Shown here: in pieces, positions 9,286 through 20,629 of the stretch
How the letters are laid out: every line of letters starts with the position of its first letter
Position numbering within the stretch: position 1 is the first letter of the stretch
NCBI GenBank assembly: GCA_031280375.1
Contig: JAITGU010000050.1
Span: forward strand, 1 to 47,075
Source: Candidatus Methanovirga procula
GTDB taxonomy: Archaea; Methanobacteriota; Methanobacteria; Methanobacteriales; Methanobacteriaceae
Length of the DNA stretch: 47,075 bases
Direction of reading: 5' to 3'
Made by a program: the position numbers and the translations under genes
Notes under the pieces: model-generated
What the model was told of the DNA's origin: nothing
The model's database searches: none
What the model saw: the letters and a program-made list of their open reading frames with translations, nothing else

Positions 9286-10767
9286 ATGCCATATAATGTT
9301 AAAAAAGATTCATTTTTGTGTAATAGAGAATTTTCTCGTCCAGGATGTTGTTGGTATAAGTGTGATGTTAAAGATGAGAATATTTGTCCTGAATGTTATT
9401 CATGCTATAATAATTGTCCTCACGGTGTTTATGAGATAATTAATAATGAACCATATCCTGTTCATCATAAAAACTGTGTTGGATGTAGAATTTGTGAGGA
9501 AATGTGTCCAAATAATGCTATTAATGTGTATGCAGTAAGTGATGACGTAAGAAATGTTTTTTCTTATGATGATGTGTTTGAAATTAAAAGAAAGTCAAAT
9601 GAAGGTTCATATAAAGTAAAGAGTATGGGAGCTGTTAGAAGGATTCCAACATTCGATGATCTTGTAATAATTCCAGCTCAAGTTTCAAGACCTCCATTGG
9701 ATAAATACAGAGAACCTTGTTTTACAAATGTGACCTTAGGTGATAGATATGCTGAACATCCTTTAAAATTAGATACACCTGTTATGATAGGTGCAATGTC
9801 CTTTGGTGCTTTAAGTAAAGAAGCGAAATTGGCTCTTGCATTAGGCTCAACTTATGCTGGGACTGCTTCAAATACTGGTGAAGGTGGAATGTTAAAAGAT
9901 GAGAGAAAATTGGCTAAAAAGTTAATTGCACAATATGCTTCTGGGAGATTTGGTGTTTCAGCTGAATACCTAAATAATGCAGATGCAATTGAGATTAAAA
10001 TAGGTCAAGGAGCAAAATCTGGAATGGGAGGTCATTTATTGGGTGAAAAAGTCACTGGAGAGGTTTCTAAAATAAGAATGATACCTGAAGGTGCAGATGC
10101 ACTTTCTCCAGCAAGACATATGGATATTGTAGGACCAGAAGATTTAAGCATGAAAATATCACAGTTACGTGAGATTACAGATTGGCAAGTTCCTATAATG
10201 GTTAAGTTTGCATCAGGAAGGGTTAAAGATGATGTGAAAATAGCTGCAAAGGGTGGTGCAGATATTATTGTTGTTGATGGTATGCAAGGAGGAACAGGTG
10301 CAGGACCAGGAGTTGTAACTGAACATTCTGGTATTCCTACAATAGCTTCTATTGTTGAAGCAGATAAGGCTTTAAAAGAAGTTAATTTAAGGAATGAAGT
10401 TAGTTTAGTGGCTGCTGGAGGAATTAGAAATGGAGCGGATATGGTTAAATCCATAGCCCTTGGTGCTGATGCAGTATACATTGGTACTGCTGCACTTATT
10501 TCATTAGGTTGTAGAGTATGTCAAATGTGCTTTAAAGGAAATTGTAGAAAAGGTATTGCAACACAAGATAAACAATTAAGACATAGACTTGATTATCATA
10601 AAGCAGGTGAAGACTTAGGAAGATATATTAAGGCAATGACTGAAGAAGGATGTATGTTAGTTCAACAAGCAGGAAATACACATTTAAGTAAAATTGAAAA
10701 AGAAGATCTCCGTTCACTAACTTTAGAAGCATCTAAATTAACAGGAGTTAAAATGGCTGGTTCATAA
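9286..10767 (+). CDS. gltB: Archaeal glutamate synthase FMN-binding domain with N-terminal 2x[4Fe-4S] ferredoxin motifs
   Basis: Cysteine clusters CPECYSCYNNCP and CVGCRICEEMCP, then a GltS FMN domain (GAMSFGALS, IKIGQGAKSGMGGHL, VVDGMQGGTGAGP, AAGGIRNGADMVKSIALGADAVY). Confidence 0.9.
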   Translation: MPYNVKKDSFLCNREFSRPGCCWYKCDVKDENICPECYSCYNNCPHGVYEIINNEPYPVHHKNCVGCRICEEMCPNNAINVYAVSDDVRNVFSYDDVFEIKRKSNEGSYKVKSMGAVRRIPTFDDLVIIPAQVSRPPLDKYREPCFTNVTLGDRYAEHPLKLDTPVMIGAMSFGALSKEAKLALALGSTYAGTASNTGEGGMLKDERKLAKKLIAQYASGRFGVSAEYLNNADAIEIKIGQGAKSGMGGHLLGEKVTGEVSKIRMIPEGADALSPARHMDIVGPEDLSMKISQLREITDWQVPIMVKFASGRVKDDVKIAAKGGADIIVVDGMQGGTGAGPGVVTEHSGIPTIASIVEADKALKEVNLRNEVSLVAAGGIRNGADMVKSIALGADAVYIGTAALISLGCRVCQMCFKGNCRKGIATQDKQLRHRLDYHKAGEDLGRYIKAMTEEGCMLVQQAGNTHLSKIEKEDLRSLTLEASKLTGVKMAGS

Positions 10768-10906
10768 TGGCCATTTACTTTTAATAGCTATTTAATCTAT
10801 ACTTTATAAGTGTATGTAATATTGTTCTTCATCTATTATTTATTTTACGAAAACTTTATTAATATAAAAATCTTAATTTATATAATTATACTTAAGATGG
10901 TTGGTT

Positions 10907-12007
10907 ATGATGAATTACGGCTTTTTATTTTCAATTACCTTTATAACAACGGTTTTATTTACATATTTTATTAAAAAAGTTTTAATCAAATCTAATATAG
11001 TGGATAATCCAATTGTTTCTGAACATAGACATAAAACAGGCACTCCTACAATGGGAGGAATAGCTTTTCTCCTCTCTATTTTATTTGTTACTTCTATTTA
11101 CTATAAGGAACCGTTAATAACAATTAGTGCATTAACAATGGTTGTTGCAGGGATAGTTGGTTTAATAGATGATTTAATAGGTCTTAAATCAAAAGAAGTT
11201 CAAAAAGTAATTAAAAATATAAGTGATAAAACAGTTAAAGTAGGCATACTAAATTTAGAACCAAATCATGAAGCAAGAATAGCTACATCAAAAGCCAAAA
11301 AAGATTTACCTGGATTATTGGATAAAAACTTAGTTAAAGTCATTGATGAAGTTCCAATTAAAAATGAAATGAGTGAAAAAGATAAAATAATTGTTCAATT
11401 GGTTATAGGGATATTTTTAGTAGTAACTGCTTCAGTTTTTACCTTAGGAGGATACAATCTCGGACCGATTATTAATTTCAATGGGATTTTAGTAGGAATT
11501 TTAGCTATTCCAGTAATTTTAATAGGTATAACAGGTGCTATTAATGCTGTAAATTTAATTGATGGGATGGATGGTTTAGCATCAAGCATAATAGCTATTG
11601 CCTCATTTGCCTGTGTTATATACTTATTTATCACTGGAAAATTGGATAAATCACTTCCTTTTATAGTTTTAATTGGTGTGACATTAGGATTTTTAGTTTT
11701 CAATAGATATCCAGCTTCTATTTTTATGGGTGATACAGGATCATTTGTTTTGGGTGCAGGATATGCAACAGCAGTTTTAATTACAGATACTCCTTATTTC
11801 GGTGTTTTGGCTTTATTTGTCCCAATTATCACGGTTATTATCAGTCTTTTACATAGAGTTCATATTATTACTTTACCTATTGAACCTTTTCATCATGTTT
11901 TAAACTATCATGGAATCTCTGAAAAGAAAATTATAATCTCGTATTGGTTAATAACAGCCATAGTATCTACTATTGGTCTTTTAGCAGCATACTACTTCTT
12001 TTTATGA
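10907..12007 (+). CDS. MraY/WecA-family (GT4) polyprenyl-phosphate sugar-phosphate transferase, as used in pseudomurein or glycan synthesis
   Basis: Polytopic membrane protein with NAVNLIDGMDGLASS and FMGDTGS motifs. ATG 10907 is preferred over TTG 10901. Confidence 0.82.
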   Translation: MMNYGFLFSITFITTVLFTYFIKKVLIKSNIVDNPIVSEHRHKTGTPTMGGIAFLLSILFVTSIYYKEPLITISALTMVVAGIVGLIDDLIGLKSKEVQKVIKNISDKTVKVGILNLEPNHEARIATSKAKKDLPGLLDKNLVKVIDEVPIKNEMSEKDKIIVQLVIGIFLVVTASVFTLGGYNLGPIINFNGILVGILAIPVILIGITGAINAVNLIDGMDGLASSIIAIASFACVIYLFITGKLDKSLPFIVLIGVTLGFLVFNRYPASIFMGDTGSFVLGAGYATAVLITDTPYFGVLALFVPIITVIISLLHRVHIITLPIEPFHHVLNYHGISEKKIIISYWLITAIVSTIGLLAAYYFFL

Positions 12008-12200
12008 TTTATATTCACAATTTTTTTATATGCTATCTTTATCATTAGTTTATATTATTAATTTTATTAAAAGTAATATTTATATACTACAAAAAATAAT
12101 ATTATTTATTATAAAATAATATAAAAAGAGTCAATATTATTAATATTTATTTTTTACTCTATCTTTTTAGACAGTGCAAAGAACTCAATATTTTTTGGAG

Positions 12201-13090
12201 GTGTATAAACTGACTTTAAAAAATAAAGGTGTTGAAAATAAAGACATTAAATTAATGGATGATCGGATATTCAACTTATTTTTGGTAGAATAGATTCAAA
12301 AGAACTATTAAGAAGTTTTTCAGAGCGAATACTTGAGAGAAAAATCGGAATAAAAGACATCCTTAATGGTGAAGTAGTCTCAGAGGTTAAAAATAGAAAA
12401 AAAATTAGCTTAGATATTGTTGCCAAAACCACAGACAACACAATAATCCACATAGAAGCCCAAAACGCTTATGACAGAGGTCTTGAAAACCGAATAAAAT
12501 ATTATGCTGATAGAGAATGTGTAGTTCACCTGAAAAAAGGAGATAACTATCGTGATGCCCAAAAAATAATCTCAATAGTTCTACTCAACCATAAATTTTA
12601 TAAAGAAAAAGAAAAAATATATAAACATAACTACAAAATATTAAATACAGATGATTATTCAATTTACGATGACAATCCACTTGAGATTGTTATCTTTGAT
12701 AAGTTAAAGAAAGAACATTATGACTTAAATAAACCAATGGATCTTATTTTCATGTATTTGTTTGATTTATTAAGTCCTGAAGAACTTGAAAAAGCAATAA
12801 AAGAGGCTAAGTTAATAGAAAAGATAGAAAGGAGGAAGAATATGATTTTAAAGACTGAAGAAGAATTTCTTAAATTAGAATTAGAAAAAAGAGAAATGAT
12901 GGAAAAATACAGAATAGAAGATGCAGCAAAAGAAGCCTTAGAGAGAGGTAGAATAGAAGGTATTATTCAAACCTCTTTGAGATTGAAAGATAAGGGTTTT
13001 TCTTTAGAGGATATAAGTGATATAACTGGTTTATCATTTGAAATTAAGGAAACTAACCTTATAGTCAATGTTGCACATTTAATTTCTTAA
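12201..13090 (+). pseudogene. Rpn/YhgA-like PD-(D/E)XK nuclease (putative-transposase family), frameshifted near the N-terminus
   Basis: The N-terminal piece ...IKLMDDRIFNLF stops at 12291. The frame shifted by one continues FGRIDSKELLRSFSERIL...DIVAKTTDNTIIHIEAQN...GLSFE to 13090. The frames meet in a T5 run at 12279-12283. The first ATG of the long frame is only at 12737. Confidence 0.75.
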
Positions 13091-13704
13091 TCCATGCTGT
13101 TAACTTAATTTTTAAGTTCCATTAAGATGATGTTTAACATTAATCGGCTTTTACTATTTCACTGTTTTTAGATTTTATCACCATATTCTATTTTTTAATT
13201 CATCAATCCAAGGTATGTCCAAGTAAAACAACCAGCAATGGCTAAAATATTAAATAGTTTTTTTATTGTCTTATAAATTTTGCGATGAGTGTATTTTCTT
13301 TTTACTGACCATACTATTCATGCATTTAAAAATATTGAAGGTTTATTTTTTTTTTTTGCCTTGATTTACGGTATGTTTGTCTGCTAACAGGTTGAATGCC
13401 ATCATTTTTGAGCATATCTAATCTAATTCGGCACTTGTATTATACTTTTCCATGAAAAAAGCATGGAATAGATTATATCTTTGAGATTCATGTTTCTATT
13501 GTGTGTGAAGGATTTTAGAATTTATTCTGCTCATTTATAGGAATTCGTCTGAAATTATTAACTCAAAAAACTCTTTGAAGATGTTTATTATAATTCATAA
13601 TAAATGTAACTATCCATGTTTGTCTAATATAAAACATAATATAGATAATAAATAATGATAATGTACTATATAAATATTAAGTTAACAGCATTGTTATATG
13701 AACT

Positions 13705-13862
13705 TTTTTGATCAAACTTTTCTTACTTTTTAGATAAGTTGGGAACTTCAGTTTCTATTGATTTCGAAGGAAGTGAGAAATTTGGGAAACAAAGTTTCAA
13801 TTATTTCGAACGAAATGAGAAATGTAGAAAACAAAGTTTTCTTTGTTTTTCATTCTTAAAAA
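13705..13862 (+). repeat. Hairpin-array element, locus C (divergent ends)
   Basis: Contains ttttgatcaaactttt, then gggaacttcagtttc, then two modules: atttcgaaggaagtgagaaat plus ggaaac-aaa-gtttc, and atttcgaacgaaatgagaaat plus agaaaac-aaa-gttttct. Confidence 0.8.
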
Positions 13863-14086
13863 TGTTGTATAATAATTCTCTTAACTTATTGAGATATGAT
13901 GCTCATTAATTCACTTAATCAATCCATATAAAACTGAAATTCTCCATTCTTCGCAATATTTATTTATATGAATGTCCTCTATGTTTTCTCCGTTTATTTA
14001 CTTTATGGGATTATTATTTAGTATATATGGATTTGATTAGAAGATATATGAAACTAATGTTTTTGAAGATATGTTTCATTATAATT

Positions 14087-14764
14087 TCAGTTTTTAACAA
14101 AGTACTCTAATACTAAACACTCATCAAGGAAATAGCTATTTTTTATTTTAAGTTGAACACTATTTTCCATAAATTCAAATCCCTCACCATCCACTAAAGT
14201 TTTGGACTGACTACCACCCACAATCATTGGACCTATACAAACATTTGCTTCATCAATTAACTTTTCTTTAAACATTGAAAAATTAAGCGTTGAACCACCT
14301 TCCAACAAGAGAGTTTTAATTCCTTTATTATATAAGTATTCCATTAATCTTTTTAAATCAACATATTCTTCCCCACAAATGAAAACATCAGCTTTTTCTC
14401 TAAGTGATGAAAGAGTCCCTGGCTCTTCTAATATCTTATTAGATGTAGCTATTATTGTTTCGCTGTCAGAATTTAATACATTGGAATCAAGTGGTGTTCT
14501 ACCATTACTATCAACAACAATTCTAATAGGATTTATTTTTTTCATATCACCAATAGGTTTGTCTTTTTCAGGTAATTTATGGGCTGTTAACTTAGGATCA
14601 TCGATTAAAACTGTGTTTATACCAACCATGATTCCATCAAACTTTTTTCGAAGTTTGTGGACTCTTTCAGTGTCTTTCTTATTGGATATTTTTGAACTTC
14701 CATTTTTTGTAGCTATTTTACCATCTAAAGTCATAGCGGCATTTAATATGGTGTAAGGTCTCAT
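14087..14764 (-). CDS. arfC: 2,5-diamino-6-ribosylamino-4(3H)-pyrimidinone 5'-phosphate reductase (archaeal RibD C-terminal-domain type)
   Basis: 225 aa beginning MRPYTILNAAMTLDGKIATKNGSSKIS...VHKLRKKFDGIMVGINTVLIDDPKLT and containing LLLEGGSTLNFS. Confidence 0.88.
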   Translation of the reverse strand: MRPYTILNAAMTLDGKIATKNGSSKISNKKDTERVHKLRKKFDGIMVGINTVLIDDPKLTAHKLPEKDKPIGDMKKINPIRIVVDSNGRTPLDSNVLNSDSETIIATSNKILEEPGTLSSLREKADVFICGEEYVDLKRLMEYLYNKGIKTLLLEGGSTLNFSMFKEKLIDEANVCIGPMIVGGSQSKTLVDGEGFEFMENSVQLKIKNSYFLDECLVLEYFVKN

Positions 14765-14976
14765 AATAACACTTTATTTTCCTATATTTTGAATTAATTT
14801 TTTTATTTACTTTTTTCTTATTATTTTCTATTTTTTTATTTCTTGTTTTTATTTATTTATTTTGATATTAACTAACTTGATTAGATAATTTTAATATTAA
14901 AAAAAATAGGAATATTGAAAAAAAATAGTTAAAAAGCTTAAAATATCTTTTAATTAATTTAAATAAATAATCTAAT

Positions 14977-15075
14977 CTTTGGATTATCATTAATATTTAA
15001 ACCTTGAACGATAACTAATATTTAAACCTTGAACTATAACTAATATTTAAATTTTGGAGCTATAATTAATTTTTA
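14977..15075. repeat. Four tandem units of about 25 bp (accttgaac[g/t]ataactaatatttaa)
   Basis: Units at 14977-15000, 15001-15025, 15026-15050 and 15051-15075. The middle two differ at one base and the outer two are degenerate. Each contains TTTAAATA on the minus strand, which is TATA-box-like. Confidence 0.8.
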
Positions 15076-15209
15076 TTAAGAACTTCCTTCAAAATATGAA
15101 CATCACCTTTACTTAAAACTTTTAAGAGAATAATTGAAAATGAATAAGCAAATAGTGATATGGAATAGCAACAATTAAAAGCATTAACTTAAAAGTTTTA
15201 ATTTTTAAG

Positions 15210-15345
15210 TTAGAAAACTTTGATTTCGAGCAGAGAGAGAAATTTAGGGAATGAAATTCCCGTTGTTTTGAACAAAGTGAGAGACTTAGGACAGAGTATC
15301 CGTTAGTTCCAAACAAAGTTAGGAACTTAGAAAATGGAGTTTTCT
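15210..15345 (+). repeat. Hairpin-array element, locus D (5'-truncated, three to four modules)
   Basis: Modules: atttcgagcagagagagaaat plus gggaat-gaa-attccc, gttttgaacaaagtgagagac plus ggaca-gag-tatcc, gttcc-aaacaaagtta-ggaac, and agaaaa-tggag-ttttct. Confidence 0.8.
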
Positions 15346-15353
15346 TTATTTTC

Positions 15354-15465
15354 TTCAATTCAAAATTTTTTATTATTGAAAATTTATTTTTCAATTTAGA
15401 AGAATTAATTCTTCGTTTTTGAATTTAGAAAACGAAGTTTTTCTTTAATTCAAAATTTTTTATTT
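15354..15465 (+). repeat. Second hairpin module family, bounded by an 18-nt direct repeat aattcaaaattttttatt
   Basis: Contains ttgaaaa-tttat-ttttcaa, the 16-nt palindrome gaagaattaattcttc and agaaaac-gaa-gttttt. Positions 15362-15419 recur perfectly, inverted, at 37810-37867. Confidence 0.85.
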
Positions 15466-15983
15466 TCTTTAATTTTTAAATAAAATATTTGTATTTTTAA
15501 TAACTTATTAGATATTATTATTTCTAATTATAAAATGATTAAATTTAATATTTTTAAAAAATAAGGAGTTATAATATAATAAATTAAAATTTAGTCAGAT
15601 ATTATTGATAATTTAATTGCTAAAGATATGTCACTGACTATAGTTATGTAAAAAATTAAGAGAACAAGCTGAAGATAGTTTGTCTCTACGATATTATATA
15701 ATTAATTCTTTAAATCTATCAGATTTGAAAAAAAAGTATATCTTGATTGCAGAGTAAAAATAGGATATATTTAGATTTGAAAATAATAATAGAAAATGAT
15801 GCAATTTGTGTTTACATTGATAGTATTGATAGATATTTTGATTTTGGTGAATTATTTAGATTAAATGGTATTGTAGAAAAGATGAGTAAATATGGAGAGT
15901 ACCATGGATTGAAGTAAATCCATGAATATTCCATATCTAATTTAAAGGATGGATAACTTGGAATCCTTATTTGTTGAATATAG

Positions 15984-16649
15984 CTATTTTTTCCTGCCAT
16001 AAATTGCTACACCGATCAATAAAGCACTTAATAGTCCTAATAGGGGCATAGCAGTTTGATGTAGACCAACAGAATTTACATTATGAATAATTCCATGATC
16101 AGCTATTTCATCTGGAGTCGCATCATCCCAATCAAAACCATCATCAGGATCATAATCATCATCGTCTCCATCATCCTCATCATCATAATAGTATTCATGA
16201 TATGTTATTGAGTCTGCAAGTTTTCTCATTTCCTCAACCACCACTGCAAAACCTCTACCAGATTCACCAGTCGCATTCACAACATTATCTATATCATCAC
16301 TGTTTATATAATCAACCATATTATCCAAATATTCTTTAAGTTCCTGATTAAAAACACCATCATCAGAAATCTGCCCTGACTGAAAAAATCCTCCCATGCT
16401 TTTAGCCATTTTATTAATATTATCTGCAATAATAGCAAGATCTCTACCTGCTTCACCAGCATGAGCTGCTTCAATAGCTGCATTCATTGCCAGCAAATTT
16501 AGTTGACTCTGAATATTCTCAGAGTATACTCCATCGTCAAACTGATAATAATTTTCAGCATTAACACTACTAATTGTAAGTCCAATAAGACACATAGATA
16601 TTATAAAGGATATCAAGTTTATAGAAACTCTCGATAATTTTTTCATCAT
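15984..16649 (-). CDS. Small exported, C-terminally anchored protein with two MCP signalling-tip-like motifs and an acidic tract
   Basis: Contains a signal-peptide-like N-terminus (...LTISSVNA-EN), NLLAMNAAIEAAHAGEAGRDLAIIADNINKMAKS, ATGESGRGFAVVVEEMRKLADS, a D/E/Y-rich stretch, and a C-terminal hydrophobic helix ending GRKK. Confidence 0.7.
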   Translation of the reverse strand: MMKKLSRVSINLISFIISMCLIGLTISSVNAENYYQFDDGVYSENIQSQLNLLAMNAAIEAAHAGEAGRDLAIIADNINKMAKSMGGFFQSGQISDDGVFNQELKEYLDNMVDYINSDDIDNVVNATGESGRGFAVVVEEMRKLADSITYHEYYYDDEDDGDDDDYDPDDGFDWDDATPDEIADHGIIHNVNSVGLHQTAMPLLGLLSALLIGVAIYGRKK

Positions 16650-17786
16650 AGTACAATCTCCTTTTCATTATTTAATTTATACAAAAATGTTTGGGAACAG
16701 TTAGTACTAATACTAAATAAAAAAAACAATTAGTACACAGATTATAACTATTAGTGTATTAAGGATATCAGACAGTTTTAAACATTAAAAAACTTTATTA
16801 GAAAACTGTATTGTCGACATTAACAATTTGTATAATACTTACTTCCCATGAGGTAATATATTGTACACTACATATATAAGTTATCTCCCATCATAATCAC
16901 TGTATATATATTGAAAGATAAATGGAGTCCATATGTTGATATCAATACTGGAACTGAATATTTTCAAAATGGTGCAAAAACTGAATGTTGGTCACCTTGG
17001 AGGGCTTGTCATCACGATGATGTCTGGGCTGATATTAATGGTATTAGTCCTTTTAGTTGGGAATAGATAAGTTCTTCGATCTCTACCTGGTGGTTTGTCC
17101 TTTCTTCGATTTCAATGATAGAGATTTTAATTCAGGTGAAACATGCCCTCTGACAAAATAAAGAACCTATAATAATGATTAATGTTTTATCAAACATTAC
17201 AAATGATATATAATAATACTAATACATATACATCTACTCCTTCAAAACAAGAAAATATAGTGCCTGCTGTTATTTAAGCCTATTCCATTTGATTATAATA
17301 ACAAAAATAGCTAAAAAATTAGACAAAAAAAATCCTAAAGTTGACAAAATGACCATATAGAAAAGATTAAATACTATAAAAACAAAACACACTATAACAA
17401 AATTATTTTATCTTTTATTATTAATAAATTATTATATGTTATTGTAATATACATATGATTCATTATTGTATAACATTATTTATTAAATTACATTTTTTGA
17501 TCAATATTTATTTTTAATATAGTTTATTTTGAATTATTAAATATATCTAATCCATTAAGTTATATTATCAGTACATTAGTTTTAAAATGATAATAACCTG
17601 ATTGAATAGTAATATAAGTTAGATATTTGGTTTAAACATATAATATTTTTATAAATTTTATATTCATTACAATTATATTCATATTACATAAATAGAGTAA
17701 TCTTTAAATTAATGAAATCTTAATATTATAATAAATCTTAAATTAAGAATAATCTTGGATTTAATTAAATATATGGGGTTGTTTAA

Positions 17787-18827
17787 ATGGCAGGAATTGT
17801 AGGATATGGTGTTTATATACCATCATACAGAATTAAGGTAGAAGAAATTGCAAAAGTTTGGGGTGATGATTCTAATGCTATATCTAAAGGATTAATAGTC
17901 AATGAAAAATCAGTCCCTGGTCCTGATGAAGATACTGCTACAATAGCTGTTGAAGCATCAAGAAATGCTTTAAGAAGAAGTAAAATTAATCCTAAAGATA
18001 TTGGTGCAATTTATGTTGGATCTGAATCACATCCTTATGCTGTGAAACCAACTGCGACAATTGTATCTGAGGCAATTGAAGCTGCACCTGATATGACTGC
18101 TGCAGATTTGGAGTTTGCATGTAAAGCAGGTACAGCTGGAATGCAAATGGTTATTGGTCTGGTTGATTCTAATATGGTTAAATATGGATTAGCTATTGGA
18201 GCTGACACATCTCAAGGAGCACCAGGCGATGCATTAGAATACACAGCATCTGCTGGAGGAGCAGCATATATAATTGGAAAAGAAGATACAATTGCTGATT
18301 TTGATTTTACTTGTAGTTTCACAACTGATACTCCTGACTTTTATAGAAGGGAAGGTAAACCATATCCAAGTCACGGTGGTAGATTTACAGGAGAACCTGC
18401 ATTTTTCAAACATGTTCAAGGAGCAACTAATAGATTATTTGAAGAAACTGGAACCACTGCAAAAGATTATGATTATGGTGTTTTCCATCAACCCAATGGT
18501 AAATTTTATTTGAAAGTTGGTAAGATCTTAGGTTTCAATAATGAACAAATAAAAGATGGTCTTTTAACTCCAAATATTGGTAACACATATTCTGGAGCCA
18601 CTCCTCTTGGTTTGGCTTCAATTCTTGATAAGGCTCAAGGTGGAGATAAGATATTAGCTGTTTCTTATGGCTCTGGTTCTGGAAGTGATGCTTTTGCCAT
18701 TACAGTCAATGATGAAATAGATGAAAGAAGAGATTTAGCTCCTAAAACAGAATATTTTGTTGGTAATAAGATTTATGTTGATTATTCTATTTATGCTAAA
18801 TATAAAGGGAAACTAAGAATGAGTTAA
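17787..18827 (+). CDS. Hydroxymethylglutaryl-CoA synthase (archaeal mevalonate pathway)
   Basis: 346 aa beginning [26 protein letters not shown], with the catalytic-Cys context [15 protein letters not shown] before the ATG. Confidence 0.92.
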   Translation: MAGIVGYGVYIPSYRIKVEEIAKVWGDDSNAISKGLIVNEKSVPGPDEDTATIAVEASRNALRRSKINPKDIGAIYVGSESHPYAVKPTATIVSEAIEAAPDMTAADLEFACKAGTAGMQMVIGLVDSNMVKYGLAIGADTSQGAPGDALEYTASAGGAAYIIGKEDTIADFDFTCSFTTDTPDFYRREGKPYPSHGGRFTGEPAFFKHVQGATNRLFEETGTTAKDYDYGVFHQPNGKFYLKVGKILGFNNEQIKDGLLTPNIGNTYSGATPLGLASILDKAQGGDKILAVSYGSGSGSDAFAITVNDEIDERRDLAPKTEYFVGNKIYVDYSIYAKYKGKLRMS

Positions 18828-18841
18828 TAATTATCTATTGA

Positions 18842-20002
<1,161 letters not shown>

Positions 20003-20016
20003 TTTTTAGTGGGTAT

Positions 20017-20056
20017 GTTTATTAAATATTTTCTAATAAACATTATTTTTCTTTTT
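20017..20056 (+). terminator. Hairpin plus T-tracts after the thiolase gene
   Basis: Stem gtttatta/taataaac (20017-20024 and 20034-20041), followed by attatttttctttttt. Confidence 0.4.
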
Positions 20057-20629
20057 TCACTTTTTTGAAAAGAGTTTATTAAGTTTTTTTTTAGTGAATT
20101 TCAAAAGATAAAAATGAATTTCAGAAGATAACAATGAGTTTTAGGATGATTTTTTTTTGAATAATTTACAGTCCTTGGTATTAACAATAACTATTAATTA
20201 ATGAATTTTTCTATTGTTAAAAATTTATTTTTAACTTAGAAGAATTTATTCTCTGTTTAAAAATATTGATTGAAAATAATTTATTTCCTTATTAAGTAAT
20301 TTAAAATTAATTATATTAAAAAATATATTATTTAATTAAACAAAAATTCAAAATAAAATAGTATTATATTTATTTAAAAAGTCCATTACTTAAAAAAATT
20401 ATTCCAAGGGCTATAAATTATTTTTTATAATTTAAAATAAATTTTTAATAATATTAAATTTTAATATGCTAAAATTTTAAATCTCGAAATTTAAAATGAA
20501 TATATTTAATATGGGAGTTTATATACTATAAACTCTAAACATAAGTTTAGATATTGAATAAGTTTAAAATAATGAATCATAAGTTATATAAATAGTATAA
20601 TATAAATTGATATTTTGGATTAATAACTT

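Noticed and set aside
13230-13480. Minus-strand fragments such as MLKNDGIQPVSRQTYRKSRQKKKNKPSIFLNA, which hint at a recombinase or transposase HTH remnant.
   Set aside because: The pieces are only about 30 aa, broken by several stops, with a poly-A/T tract in the middle. The similarity is impressionistic and I cannot support a family call.
13895-13950. Possible second C/D sRNA (ATGATGC ... TTAA ... CTGA).
   Set aside because: The C box is degenerate, there is no C' box, the spacing between the putative D' and D is 15 nt rather than about 22, and the terminal stem is weak.
15122-15394. 90-aa minus-strand ORF from the track.
   Set aside because: It runs straight through hairpin-array locus D and the 58-nt repeat. 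Its open frame is a by-product of the repeats, and its translation is repetitive with no start context.
15812-16000. 62-aa minus-strand ORF overlapping the 3' end of the MCP-tip-like gene.
   Set aside because: It has no RBS, an odd Trp/Tyr/Pro-rich composition, and overlaps a better-supported gene. It is most likely spurious.
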